A DNA stretch of 64,000 nt from Tubulanus polymorphus (taxonomy: Eukaryota; Animalia; Nemertea). The position numbers and the translations under genes are program-made. Positions 1-12,315 of the stretch are shown one piece after another (position 1 is the stretch's first letter; each line of letters begins with the position of its first letter). The notes below the pieces were generated by a model. It ran no database searches, was not told the DNA's origin, and worked only from the letters and a program-made list of their open reading frames with translations. The stretch lies in NCBI RefSeq assembly GCF_964204645.1, contig NC_134028.1:20580345-20644344 (forward strand), given 5' to 3'.

Positions 1-102
1 GTCCTACGAGAAAGACAAGTTTATCAATCATATTTGATTTATTTTTCCGAAAAATTCATACAGTTATCTTGACTTTGAAGAATTGCGTTTGAATTGATTA
101 AT

Positions 103-182
103 GTTCAGTTCAGTTGAGTTCAGTTCGGTTCAGTTCAGTTGAGTTCAGTTCAGTTGAGTTGAGTTCAGTTCAGTTCAGTTCA
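103..182. repeat. (GTTCA/GTTGA)n pentanucleotide microsatellite
   Basis: Tandem gttca/gttga units directly visible. Confidence 0.95.
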
Positions 183-404
183 TAAGTTGTTGCGGAATAA
201 CCCTTACGGGTCTAAAGCAAATTTATATTACAGAAAAATAACTCGAGAGTGCGCATTAAGTTTAAACTATATATTGTCAAAATACATATCGGAGCCGCTT
301 GATTCTTGATAATACGTAGCTAATAACACAACAAATTTAACGATGCAGAATATTCTCAATTAGCAAGTAACGGGCTGGACGAAACTTGTAGATACAATAC
401 AAAG

Positions 405-598
405 TTAAAACGCGTAGATATCCTCACCGACTGTAACCCAGTGTCGGTCTAATCTATTTTTGAAACAGTTTAAGGACGGAGCACATACGACATCTGACGG
501 AAGATTGTTCCAACGGCTAAATATCCTACGTGTATAAAACGATTGTCCCACTTTCCATAAAGATCGAATCACGTTCAGTTTATACTGGTGACCACGGG
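405..598 (-). mobile_element. 3' remnant of a CR1/L2-group LINE ORF2
   Basis: Translation TRGHQYKL...FYTRRIFSRWNNLPSDVVCAPSLNCFKNRLDRHW matches the typical CR1-clade ORF2 C-terminus (TRGH..KL, WNxLP, FKxRLD). Confidence 0.85.
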
Positions 599-1468
599 TT
601 AAAATGGCAAAATAAAAAATAAGCAAAAAGCCCCCAAAACGTGAATTTTGAGAGATTTGAATCGAGAAACTCGATTTGTAGAAACCTAATATTAAACTCG
701 TGTCATTCATCGAATATTTAATTACAGTAGGAAAGTGTCATTCAGTTACCAGGTGCCATTTTCAACGGGTCCCGCATTGTCGCGCAGATTTTAACATGTT
801 CTAAACTAAAACCTTTAGTGCGATTAATTGTCGTCCATCCCTCCTTAGGCACAAAATCTAAACTTATGAATCGTTAGAAAGTTGACAATTTTTTTCTGAT
901 TGTTTATTTCATTTTTCTCGGCTGCAACAATCGGATACAAAAAAGATGCGTCACTTTTAAGAAGGCGCCTCAAAAAAGTTGGTAATTCTGTGTCATTGTC
1001 TGTAACTTTTTAACTTTCTGAGATACAATTTAGAATTTTTCAAGATAGAGTTTCATCTGAGGATTTTGTTTATACTGCATTCGTAAAACTATCTTCATAG
1101 AAACGCGCGTGGCCACGGGTTGATCAGTGCAAAGCGTGCAAGTGGTCGACCGTCGATTTTCTGCATACGCGGGTTAAGCTATTTTTACGGCAATTTTCAA
1201 ACTTTTAAAGATTTTCAAGATCAAAATTCCATGTTGAATTGCTCAGCTCATATATAAATGGTATATAGTTAATTTGTATTTGCGACACACCTCTACTAGG
1301 TCAAGGTCGGTGGAGACTAATGATGGCGGCTTGTCAAAAAACTGAAAATTTTCACTTTAAAGACGATTTTACAGCTTGATGAGAATCAGTTGATACGACT
1401 GGTATTCACAGTTTGACTGAGGCCCAGTTGTCCCCGGCCCTTATTATGAATAAGCAAAAAATAAACAA

Positions 1469-2543
1469 TTTCAGACTTATTTCCCGTTCGCATTGCTTTG
1501 TGGGAGTTTTTATAACAGTTGATTTACAGTCGGGCTCAGTTAAACCTCGTCTCAAAAGAGAACCACTGTCGCAGTATTTAATACCGTATGCCTTCAGGTT
1601 TAATTCACTCGTCTGTAAGAAATATCTCGGCGGACAGGAATGTGAAAAATGGCGTTCGTTGCCGGACAGCCAGACACAGCTGTCAGTGACAGCCGGAAGA
1701 CACGCCCACACATCGGTCACACCTACAGGTATCAGCTCTCTTATTGAATATGTCAAGTTGAAACAAATCTTTTTTCTGGCGTTTCTAAACTGTTTAATTG
1801 GTTTTCTAACGCAGATGAACCGAATTACTCGTTATCGTTGAGATTGGGGTCTCGTAAAGTTGTTTGAGTGGAGGACTGGGAACCAAGAGGTCCCTAGATC
1901 GAAACCACATCTGGCTGTCCAGACACATGCATGGACTAAGCTCTGGTAACTCTGTCAGGTTGTGAGCCATTACAACCTATAAAAAGGCCTTGGTCGTCTC
2001 TTAAGAACCACTAGGGTTACACTGTTACTTGCTGCTGGGACCCAAATTACACGCTAGGTGGCGTTACGGCAATAGAAACTTGTCCTATGTATTGGACACC
2101 GTCTGAAACAACTGGAAGCTCGTAAGTATCACCTGCTAAGAGGTTCCCGGGTACTTGTAAGTAATTTCCGCACACCCCTTTTGGGGGAACTGTAAACTGC
2201 GAATCGTCAATGAAATCAATACATCACTAAATTCATTTCTAATGCCAAAAAAATTATTTATTTGCATTTTCAAGCATTGACACAAATTTGAATCGTATAG
2301 AACTAGGAAACGCGAAACCTACAGAATTAGAAAATACATCTTCTAGTATAATGCGATGCTGTTCAAATTATCCATCATTTCTATATACATATCTAGTTTT
2401 CTAGTTTTTTCAATGCATTTTTCAGAGATTTCAAATGGTTTCTTAGATCTTTGGCATTTTTTCGTACGTAATCGAAAATCAGCGATTTGCCTTGTTTTGA
2501 CTTGAAGACTTTCGACAAAACGCTAGGTAGTTGTGAACCTTAT
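1469..2543 (-). repeat. Copy A of an unclassified interspersed repeat with decayed coding potential
   Basis: Highly similar to 2789-3870 and 62628-63735 (shared text such as acttatttcccgttcgcattgctttgtgggag ... aaaacgctaggtagttgtgaacct). Confidence 0.9.
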
Positions 2544-2554
2544 TTTTGGAAATG

Positions 2555-4140
2555 AGTTGTTGTAGGAAGTCTATATTCGGGATTGGAAACTTCCGCGGAA
2601 TCCTCAGAAGATTGGATTCGAACCGTTTACGGTATGTTCCATTGCGCATGTCTATTGCACGCGACAGAACAATAATCTCCCGTTCGATATGGCTTCGATG
2701 TTAGACGTGAAAGATGAAACTAGGAAAAGATTTTCATATTTGAGTGTTTTGCGAGTTGATATCGATATTGTTTATAGGTAATTCGATTTTCAAACTTATT
2801 TCCCGTTCGCATTGCTTTGTGGGAGATTTTATAACAGTTGATTTACAGTCGGGCTCAGTTAAACCTCGTCTCAAGAGAGAAACCACTGTCACAGTATTTA
2901 ATACCGGCCGGACGCCTTCAGGTTTAATTCACTCGTCTGTCAGAAATATCTCAGCGAACAAGAATGTAAAAAATGGCGTTCGTTGCCGTACAGGCAGACA
3001 CAGCTGTTAGCGACAGCTGGAAGACACGCCCACACATCGGTCACACCTACAGGTATCAGCTCTCTTACTGAACATGTCAAGTTGAAACTTATATCTTTTT
3101 TCTGGCGTTTCTAATTTGTTTTGAACCGAATTACTTGTTATCGTTGAGATTGGGGTCTCGTGCAGTTGTTTGAGTGGGGGACTGGGAACCAAGAGGTCCC
3201 TAGATCGAAACCACATCTGGCGTTGGCTGTCGAGACACATGCATGGACTCAGCTCTGGTAACTCTGTCAGGTTGTGAGCCATAACAACCTATAAAAAGGC
3301 CTTGGCCGTCTCTTAAGAACCACTAGGGTTACAGTGTTACTAGGTGCTGGGACGAAAAACTCTTCTTATTACATGCTAGGTGGCGTTACGGCAATATAAA
3401 CATGTTCTATGTATTGGACACCGTCTGAAACAACTGGAAGCTCGTAAGTATCACCTGCTAAGAGGTTCCCGGGTACTTGTAAGTAATATCCGGACACCCC
3501 TTTCTGGAGAAAAGTAAACTGCGAATCGTCAATGAAATCAATACATCACTAAATTCATTTCTAATGCCAAAAGAATTATTTATTTGCATTTTCAAGCACT
3601 GATACAAATTTGAATCGTATAGAACAAGGAAACGCGAAACCTATAGAATTAGAACATTCATCTTCTAGTATAATGCGATGCTGGTCAAATTATCCATCAT
3701 TTCTAAATACTTTTTCTAGTTTTCTTGATTTTTTTTCAATGCATTTTTCAGAGATTTCAAATTGTTTCTTAGATCTTTGGCATTTTTTCTTACGTAATCG
3801 ATAATCAGCGATTTGCCTTGTTTTGACTGAAATACTTTCGCCAAAACGCTTGGTAGTTGTGAACCTTTTAACTTTAGATCGTCCAAGATCTTGCTGTTGA
3901 CGATAGTTTCGCAATCTAATTTGCTCAGTGGTCCCGATATGGCCTTGCCGTAATGTTCGACAGCAATAGATGATACCTGTCGATGAAACCAAACACATAA
4001 TTGAAAAATGCTATTTCCCTGAAAACCCTTTAAATACAACACTGTGATTATAAGAATTTTAAGAGGTTATAGTGAGTGTAGCTGCGATGGATTAACACTC
4101 GTGATATGATTGAAAAAACGCTTTTTGACGATTACAGCGT
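2555..4140 (-). repeat. Copy B of the same repeat, running into the left arm of the palindrome
   Basis: Near-identical to 62394-64000; ORFs 2744..3010 and 62583..62849 differ at only two residues. Confidence 0.9.
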
Positions 4141-4819
4141 TTTCTCTTTATAGACAGATATTTACCTTGCGACATGTACTTTCATCAATGGCATCGGTTG
4201 AAACCCAGAAAACGGCCAGAAAAACCACCAAAAAACTTATCAATTTCATGTTGTCTCCGTAAAACTGTAATCAGATCATAGAAATAGAGATTGGTTTCCG
4301 GCAGTGTCAGAACTGGAGACTGGTCCCCGGCTGTTTCAGAAATACAGATATTACAAGTGATCTTACCTGTATAATGTGTGTTGAGATTTAATGTGGCGTT
4401 GAAGCGACTGACGAATGTCTCATTTTGTCGATTGCATTCTGCGAGTTTTATACATATTTTGGGCTGAATAATATTTGATCAGAAGTTACTGAACGGCTTC
4501 ACATTAAACATCCCACTCAGTAGATTTAATACCAACTATTTACAGGATCGAGATTCGATTATTTCTGCTTTGTTTAATCTGTCAGCCCCTGTTTTTATAC
4601 TGTAATATTGCTGGAAATTAATTTGAAGGACGATGGAGGTTTTACATTTTTCATCCACACATGAATAAAATCTTGTAAAAGGCTACTTTATGAACTGTAT
4701 ATTCAAATATTAATTGAATTGCATCCGGTTCCACAGTTCCATGTTTCCACAGTAGAGTCAAATTATTGAAAATGTACTTGTAATGAATTTCAACTCTTGA
4801 CTCAAATAAAACCAAACTT

Positions 4820-5320
4820 TAGGACTTTGTCCAGGACTGTGGAACTGGATCCTAAGCAAGCAAGTCCTGAAGTGTGAAAAAGTGTAGAAAAAAGTAGGTC
4901 CAAAATACGGTGGATCTGGATCAACAACTGTAGAAGTAGGTCATGAAGTGTGGAACTTGGCCCACAACAGTAAAATTAGGTCCAGAACAATGGAACTGCG
5001 TCGACAACTGTAGAAAGTAGTCCACAATTGTGGAACTTGCTCTACAACTGTAGAAACATGTCCAAAACTGTGGAACTGGATCCAAAGCCGTAGAATGGGC
5101 CCAGTACGGAACTAGGTCGACAAGTGAGGAAGGTGCATTCCTGTGGAACTCGTTCCAAAAATTAGGTCTACACCAAGACTGTGGAACCGGGACAACTGTA
5201 CTAAGAAAGTTTTCAGAACTTGGTCCAAAACTGTGGAAATAGATCCAAAACTGTGGAAATGGATCTAGTTTTATGGAACTTGGCCCAGGAGTATCGAACT
5301 GAAAACTGTGAAAAACTGCG
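4820..5320 (+). repeat. Degenerate ~21-bp minisatellite (actgtggaactggatccaaa-like)
   Basis: Recurrent ctgtggaact.g.tcca motif. Confidence 0.8.
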
Positions 5321-7379
5321 GGATTGGCTCTCTTGGAAAAGTTCGAAGTTTTGACATAAGAATCTATTCTATATCGTGTGTTTTCTGTATTTGCAGTTGA
5401 AATTTACGCGAACTTGTTCAATTCAATTTGGGGAAAATCGGCGAAAAAATCTTATTACGCCAAACGTTTTAACAGTAGTAAATATCAATAAAATCATTGA
5501 TTGTATTGATTGAGTTAGGTTCTATTCAAACCGACTATTGATTATTCGTAGATGATAGCTTTGATCAATCCCCTCTATAGGAATCATCCAAGTCATGTGT
5601 AAAAGTTTCTGCGACATTTTGATTTGCCCGAAAGAATCTGCATGATAAAAATTTTTAACTTGAGAAAATCTAAAGAATTTTTAACTGTATGACAGTCTAG
5701 GGGAACCGTCTGACTACGCCGCGGACGATGTTAAGACGAAATAATCTTCTGACGCTGAAATTTGAATTTACACAGTTCACAAAATAAAGAATAATAAAAA
5801 TGAAAAAAATAATAATAACTTGTCCGTAGCCCGAACAGACAGAGTATCATCAAACACACAACCATTCAAACTTATTGTATTGCAAGGCCGCACTTATTAC
5901 ACATTGTTTTCGATTATACTATGACCCCGATAGCTGGTGTAGAATTCGACCTTGTTCCTGATTGCGCTCGATCAGTAAAAATAGTCTATATATTCTGAAT
6001 CACAAAATTTGTATTTAAAAATGCGGAAAGGCGATTGTATAATGCAATTTTTCAAGGTGAAATGAAGTTGATTTTGAAGATTGCGGTTTATGTCGGGTTT
6101 GGTCGTGGTTTTTTTTTAACTTTCGTCCGATCGAAATGTTTTGCGACGTAGAAACTAAATAATTTTTTCGTGGAAACGAAAATGTGTGACATGGTGGAAA
6201 ATATTGTAACAAACTAAAAACTGTGTTTCTAACTAAACACTGTGGGTTAGGATCAGAAAAAGAGGTTTGGGGTGTCTTGCCCATTTCTCGCACTCCTAAT
6301 TAAGGCACAGACACTCCACCGTTGCACGGATAGCGGGAAGCTCGTAACTAGTTATAATCATGTGTGTGATTAGCGAATTAGTAGATCGTATTCAAATCCT
6401 AACATAACGCTCAAAGCGATATTAGCCCCAACTCAAGTGTTCTTACCCCCAAGCCTTCTAAAAAGCCTTCGCAAAATTACCCCTCAGACAATAACCCTTC
6501 GCAAAATGATCCCCAAAAATAACACCTCACCTTTGAATTGCCCCAGAATAACAACCCTCAGGCAACTCATGGAGATTGCCAACCCCCTTACTCCAGTAGG
6601 CGGGGGGATTTTTATTCTTACAATGAGGAATGCTACAATTTTTGACTCGAATGATACATGTATGAACGTTAAGGGCTATGGTCATGTGATTTTCGAGGGG
6701 TATTTCTGATTGGGGTGTTAAACTTAATACTATAATTCCAAATTCGTAATCGACCCACTAGTAGTTGATGCTGGGTTCAGGTAACATTCTGTTATAATCA
6801 ACTTATTAAATATGACGAAATGAGAATCATACAATTATTCGGCTACTTTCTATACATAAAGGGTTAGTAACATATGTTAGGAGGATTAATGGATATTAGG
6901 TAGTCACGGAATTGGTCTTTTACTGACAAATGGCACTGATCTCTTTTATAATCTGTTTGACCCCCCTCCATGGAGTCAGGGGTCAGGCGGAATGCCTCCT
7001 ATTAAAACATATTTCGTTAGAACGAAAAAAGTGTCGTCCCCACGAAAACATTTTGTTCGAATGAAAAGAATGAAAAGATTAACGATATGATCTTGCAATA
7101 CAACGTGTCGTTTAGTCTGAATGGTCGTTTGTTTGTTCATGGGATATACACTGCGTTAGCGTTAGGGACAAGTGAACTGTGTGAACTCAAATATCAGCGT
7201 TATTGAAATATAATTTTTTTCTCAACACCAGTTGTCTCAACAATTGGCGTAATTAGTTTTTTCACCAAATTGAGCAAGTTCTCGTCGATTTAACTGCGAA
7301 TACAGAAAATGCACAATATCGAATAGCTTTTTAATTCAAAACTTCGAGCTTTTTCAGGTTGAGACCCAATTCTGCAGTC

Positions 7380-8055
7380 ACATAGTTCCACATTCCTTGA
7401 CCAAGTTCCATAAAACTAGATCCAGTTCCACAGTACACCGCTCCACAGTTCTGGGTCCATTTCCACAATTGTTCACCAAGTTCCATAGTTCTGCATGGAA
7501 CTTGCAATTGTAGACCAAGTTACCCTGTTCTGAGACCTATGTCCATAGTTGTGGTCCCAGTTCCACAGTTGTGGACGTACCTTTAAGGTTGTTAACCCAG
7601 TCCCAGTTCTGGACCTACTCCTACACTTTTGGATCCAGTTCCACAGTTTTGGACCTGCTTATACAGTTGAAGAACCAGTTCCACATTGTGGACCTAATTC
7701 TATAGTTGCAGAGCTAATTCCTCCGTTCGGGTCCTACATCTACAGTTATGGACCCAGTTCAAAATTTCTGGATCTACATCTACAGTTATGGACCCAGTCA
7801 AAACTTCTGGATCTACTTCTACAGTTGTGGACCCAGTTCAAAACTTCTGGACCTACTTTACAGTGTGTGGACCTTGTTACACAGTCCTGGTCCTACTTCT
7901 TGAATTGTGGACACAGTTCCAAACTCCTAGACCTACTTATTCAGAAAGTTGTGAATCAAGATCTAAGTGTGCTGGGCATACTTCGGCAGCTTCGGACCCA
8001 GTTCAACACTTCTGGACTTGCTTATCTAGGGTCAAATTCCACAGTCCTGGACAAA
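7380..8055 (-). repeat. Inverted copy of the same ~21-bp minisatellite
   Basis: Recurrent tggacccagttccacagt motif, the reverse complement of the 4820-5320 unit. Confidence 0.85.
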
Positions 8056-10329
8056 GTTCGGTTGAATTTGATTCAAGTGTTAAAATGGATTCATTTTCGT
8101 CAAGTTGACTCTTCAGAAGAATTGTGGAACCGGGCGAAGTTTGGTTAATATTTGAATCTACAGTTCATATTAAGTCTTTTACAGGATTTTATTTCTTTGT
8201 GTGGATGAAAAATGTACAACCTCCGTCGTACTTCAAATTTCCAGCAACGACTGTAAACAAATCACACAGCAAAACATGGCAAAAATAATCGAATCGATCC
8301 TGTAAATAGTTGGAATCAAATCTATAGTACAGTGAAGTGCTAATTCCGAGGCCGTTCAGCAACTTCTGTTTAAATATTATTCAGCCCAATGTATATACAA
8401 AACTCGCAAGATTTAATCAAAACAAAATGAAACATTCGTCGGTCGCTTCAACATCACGTTAAATCTCAACACACATCATACAGGTAAGATCATTTACGCA
8501 AAATATCCATGTTCTGGCAAAGTCGGGAACCAGTCTCCTGTTCTGGCTTAGCCGGGAACCAGTCTCCATTTCAATGATCTGATTGCAGTTTTTGGAAACA
8601 ACATGAAATTGATAAGTTTTTTGGTGATTTTTGTGGCGGTTTTCTGGGTTTCAACCGATGCCATATATGAAAGTACACGTAGCAAGGTAAATATATGTCC
8701 ATGATGAGGAAACGCCGTTTGTTAATCGTCGAAGCATTTCGTCAATAATGATCCAATAATCCATCGTAGCTTAACTTATGAACCTAAAGTCTACAAACCT
8801 CATTGGTCCTATGTGCAGTTGATATTCCTCATGGAAAGACGAATTAACAGAAATAACTCTCGGTATCTGAAACAAATCTCTGAATATGGGTTGAAGTATC
8901 CCACCCCAAACGTTAGAATGAAATAGTAGCTGTTGTTTTGGATCTATATTGTGGGTTTTTACGCAATTCAAGACTGGAAAAAGTCGCAATTATTTATAAC
9001 CTCTTAGTTTTCTTATAATAGCGATTATCCGTGTTGTATTTGAAAGGTTCACCAAAGAAAAAGCATTTTCAATTGTGTTTGTTTGATTGGCAGGCATCAT
9101 CTCGTCCTTTCGAATGTTACGGCAAGGCCATATCGGGACCACTGAGCAAATTGAATTGCAAGTCTATCGTCAAACGCGATATCAAGCACCTACCAGGTCG
9201 ACAAGGTGACTCTTCGCCGAGGGTCTTCAATTCTAGAAAGGGCAGCTCGCTGACTAATGATTTCGCAAGAAACAATGTGAAAGATCTAAGAAAAAATTTT
9301 AGATCTTCGAGAACAGGCTTGAAACAAATGAGAAACTAGAAAACTAGAAAATGCCACGGAAATGATGGATAATTCGAGCAACATTCTATCATACTAGAAG
9401 ATCTATGTTCTAATTCTAATTCAGTTCTAGGTTTCGGGTTTCCTTGTTCTATACGATTCAAATTTGTGTCAATTATTTGTTTATAAATGCAAATAGATAA
9501 TTGAAGTCGGCATTATAAATGAATGTAGTGATGTATTTATTTCATTGACGGTTCGCAGTTTGCAGTGCCCCCGGAAACCGGTGGGCAGATGAAACGAGTT
9601 CCCAGTTGTTCCAGACGGTGTCCAATGACCGGGAAAGGTTTTTTCAAGGGAAGCATTACGGGTAAGGGAGTTAGTGGGTCGATATCCTATACCAAAATTG
9701 ACTAGACCAACCAATAAAAGTAAATGGGAGATTTTGAATGAAGCCTGAGGATAATTCCACCAAATCTATATCAATAATTAGCTGGCCAGACCAGGAACAG
9801 AATTTCCGTCACGAAGTATAGCTGTTTAATATAAACTTAGTTTAGTTTCATTCTCTAAATTGCGAGGGATCCTGCCAATGATTACATACGTAAGTATTTG
9901 GACCAGGACGGCATTGAGAATCTTCAACTTTTGACAACACATGAGGACAGCTGATGGCTTAGTTCGGCATACTCAGATATTAAACCAGATCACCAAAGTG
10001 ATACTGATGGGACTTGTTTCCTTGTACCTATCGTTTCGACTCTTAATCATCAGGCCTTTTCTGAATGTAATGAACTTTCTCCAAATATCCCTATCAGAGA
10101 AGGAAAAAGTTATCATCGGGAAAACTAGGCGTTCGCGCGATCACTATCGTTATTTGGGAGATAAAGGCATAGGTTGTACATTAATTTAGTTATTCATCGT
10201 GTCAGTTCCTAAGAAGAAAGATACTCACAGGATAAAGAAATTGAAAGAAAAAACAAAAATGTTACATGATTACAAATGGACCAATACTATAATCACACAA
10301 TCGATACAAAAAACATAATGGGTTTGTTG

Positions 10330-12315
10330 TTACAAATGAATGAGTTCCTTTTTTGAGTTGTAAGCAGCGCTGTTTGGACGACCGGTTTTAGGGATTAGAT
10401 TCATCCAATAATCTCTACCGTGTCTGCAATAAATAAAAGAGCATGATATATACAGAGACGCTTCCGCGCAATGTGGATACTGGTATAAAAACGTCAGGAT
10501 TATCCGGCTATCAGTTTACTTTTGACGATCATGTTCATATACACTCTGTCCATATCCAGCCGCGAATGGTAAATTATGATCTTTTCCGGGTGGTCTGAAT
10601 CCTCGTTCCTCGGACAACTGTAATTATAATGTGAATTATCATACGTGTGGATTTCGCAATGTGATTTTGATATCGAAATGCAATGCAACATTTCGTGTAC
10701 AAACCTCTTCGGCCATTTCACGAATATGATAACTCTCGAATCCGCAACATCCTCCGATGTACCTCACTCCAAGTTCATAAGCTTTACGGGCATAGTCTCT
10801 ACATTCCCAACGAGTAAGAATGCGTGGTTCCATCGCTGAAAATGAAAAAGCATCTAAATATTACTTATTTCAATATCGAGACGATCCAATTGTTATTTCA
10901 GCTCACCTAACAAGTACTCGGGTAGTTGAGAATATCCTTCAACTAGATACTCAGTTTCAGGAGAAAGGAATCCGATTGGCTGCATCATCAGAAATGGAGA
11001 TAAACCAGCTTCATTCAGGGCATCTTTCATCAATTTCATCGTTTTCAGTTGCGCGTTATAATCAAACTGGCAATTTAAACCCACAATATCGGCCCCTGTG
11101 TGATTGAAAACAAACACCTACGATTATGATTTACTAAACTTTGCACGACATTGAAACATGTTTGAAAAATAACGTATATTAAGAGGGATGTATCTTGAGT
11201 GAAGGCATGATTTTACACCTCGTTTAGCCATTCTAACTGCACACTCTTTTGCACTGATTCCATCCATACACCCAACTGGGCCTATTCTCATCGTACACGC
11301 TATAGGTTTGTTGTATTTCTTCATGACATCAATCGCCCACTCAATCTCTTCGATTGAACAGAAAAACTGGATTCGAAAAATACATGTATACATTCGACAC
11401 TACAGTGTTATGCAAATGTTCGATTTGTTGATAGTGAAATTCCAATGTAAAATACCAATGAATACCATCTTTGTCTTGAATAGTAGAATTTTACCTCCGC
11501 TATAAAGAAATCGACATCCTTTTCTTTGAACACTTGGCATTGCTTTTCGAATTCTGCTTGAACTGCTGCCTTCCCTTTTCCAGCTGTATATGTCGGTGTA
11601 GGCGACAAACCTCCGCAAACTAGTAGATTGTATGATGTGGCAACATTACGTGCAAGATCGCACGCCGCACGGTTTATTTCAGATGTCTAAGATAAATTAT
11701 AGATATGTACATCAATACCTTAGCACTAACCATTCAGTACAATTTGTATGACTGAATAGTTGAATAGAAATACTGAATAGTTGAATAAGAGTGAGATAGA
11801 TAAAGACCACAACCTACGTTATAATTTTTGGCCGACTCACTACATTGAAGCATTCCATCCGTCGCATGAAATGTGAATGCTTGCATTACATCAGCTCCAG
11901 CTCGAGCAAATTCTTTATGTAAACCACTGACTGAAAAATGGCAAATTAATGATTTTTCTTTTATCGGCTAATCCGTTTTGACTTGAAGATAACCCAACGG
12001 TTATTTTAAAGGACATTTTTTCTGGCAGATGCCTCGTAGTTCGTCATTGTTTTAATTCAAAATGATGCCCACAAAACTATAGATTTTGTTGCAGACAGGA
12101 AGGTGTGCTAAAATTGATCGGGTAAAGTTGGGATGTGGGTAGAAATAAGTCAGAAACATGTAAAACCTACCGGCGTCAGGATGTTCTAGAACGCATTCAG
12201 GAGTATACAGCCCAGCAGTCACATATCCTCTTTTTTCGAATGTATTCATGTAACTACCGTCGCCAATGATTATGCGTTTTGCTAATATCTCCAGTATATT
12301 CGGTTTAGCTGCCAT
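10330..12315 (-). CDS. BHMT: Betaine-homocysteine S-methyltransferase-like protein, 8 coding exons
   Basis: Spliced translation gives [44 protein letters not shown] / [18 protein letters not shown] / [11 protein letters not shown] / [11 protein letters not shown] / [22 protein letters not shown] / [12 protein letters not shown]. The Zn-binding NC and GGCC motifs are present. ATG at 12315, TAA at 10332-10330, short GT-AG introns. Confidence 0.93.

Larger units (their letters stand above)
3410..9630. repeat. Large diverged inverted repeat, arms ~3410-6240 and ~7010-9630
   Basis: Reverse-complement matches: 3412 ttggacaccgtctgaaacaactgg vs 9602-9626; 4190 ggcatcggttgaaacccagaaaa vs 8640-8662; 5752 acgctgaaatttgaattt vs 7172-7200. 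ORFs 3716..4042(-) and 9031..9339(+) are homologous (YGKAISGPLSKL). Confidence 0.85.

Noticed and set aside
7549-8148. 199-aa and 106-aa ORFs and a CRISPR-like periodicity
   Set aside because: These are translations of a degenerate 21-bp minisatellite. There are no unique spacers, no cas genes, and the context is eukaryotic.
9630-10150. Possible retroelement ORF remnant beyond the right palindrome arm
   Set aside because: Many stops and no diagnostic motif, so it cannot be assigned.
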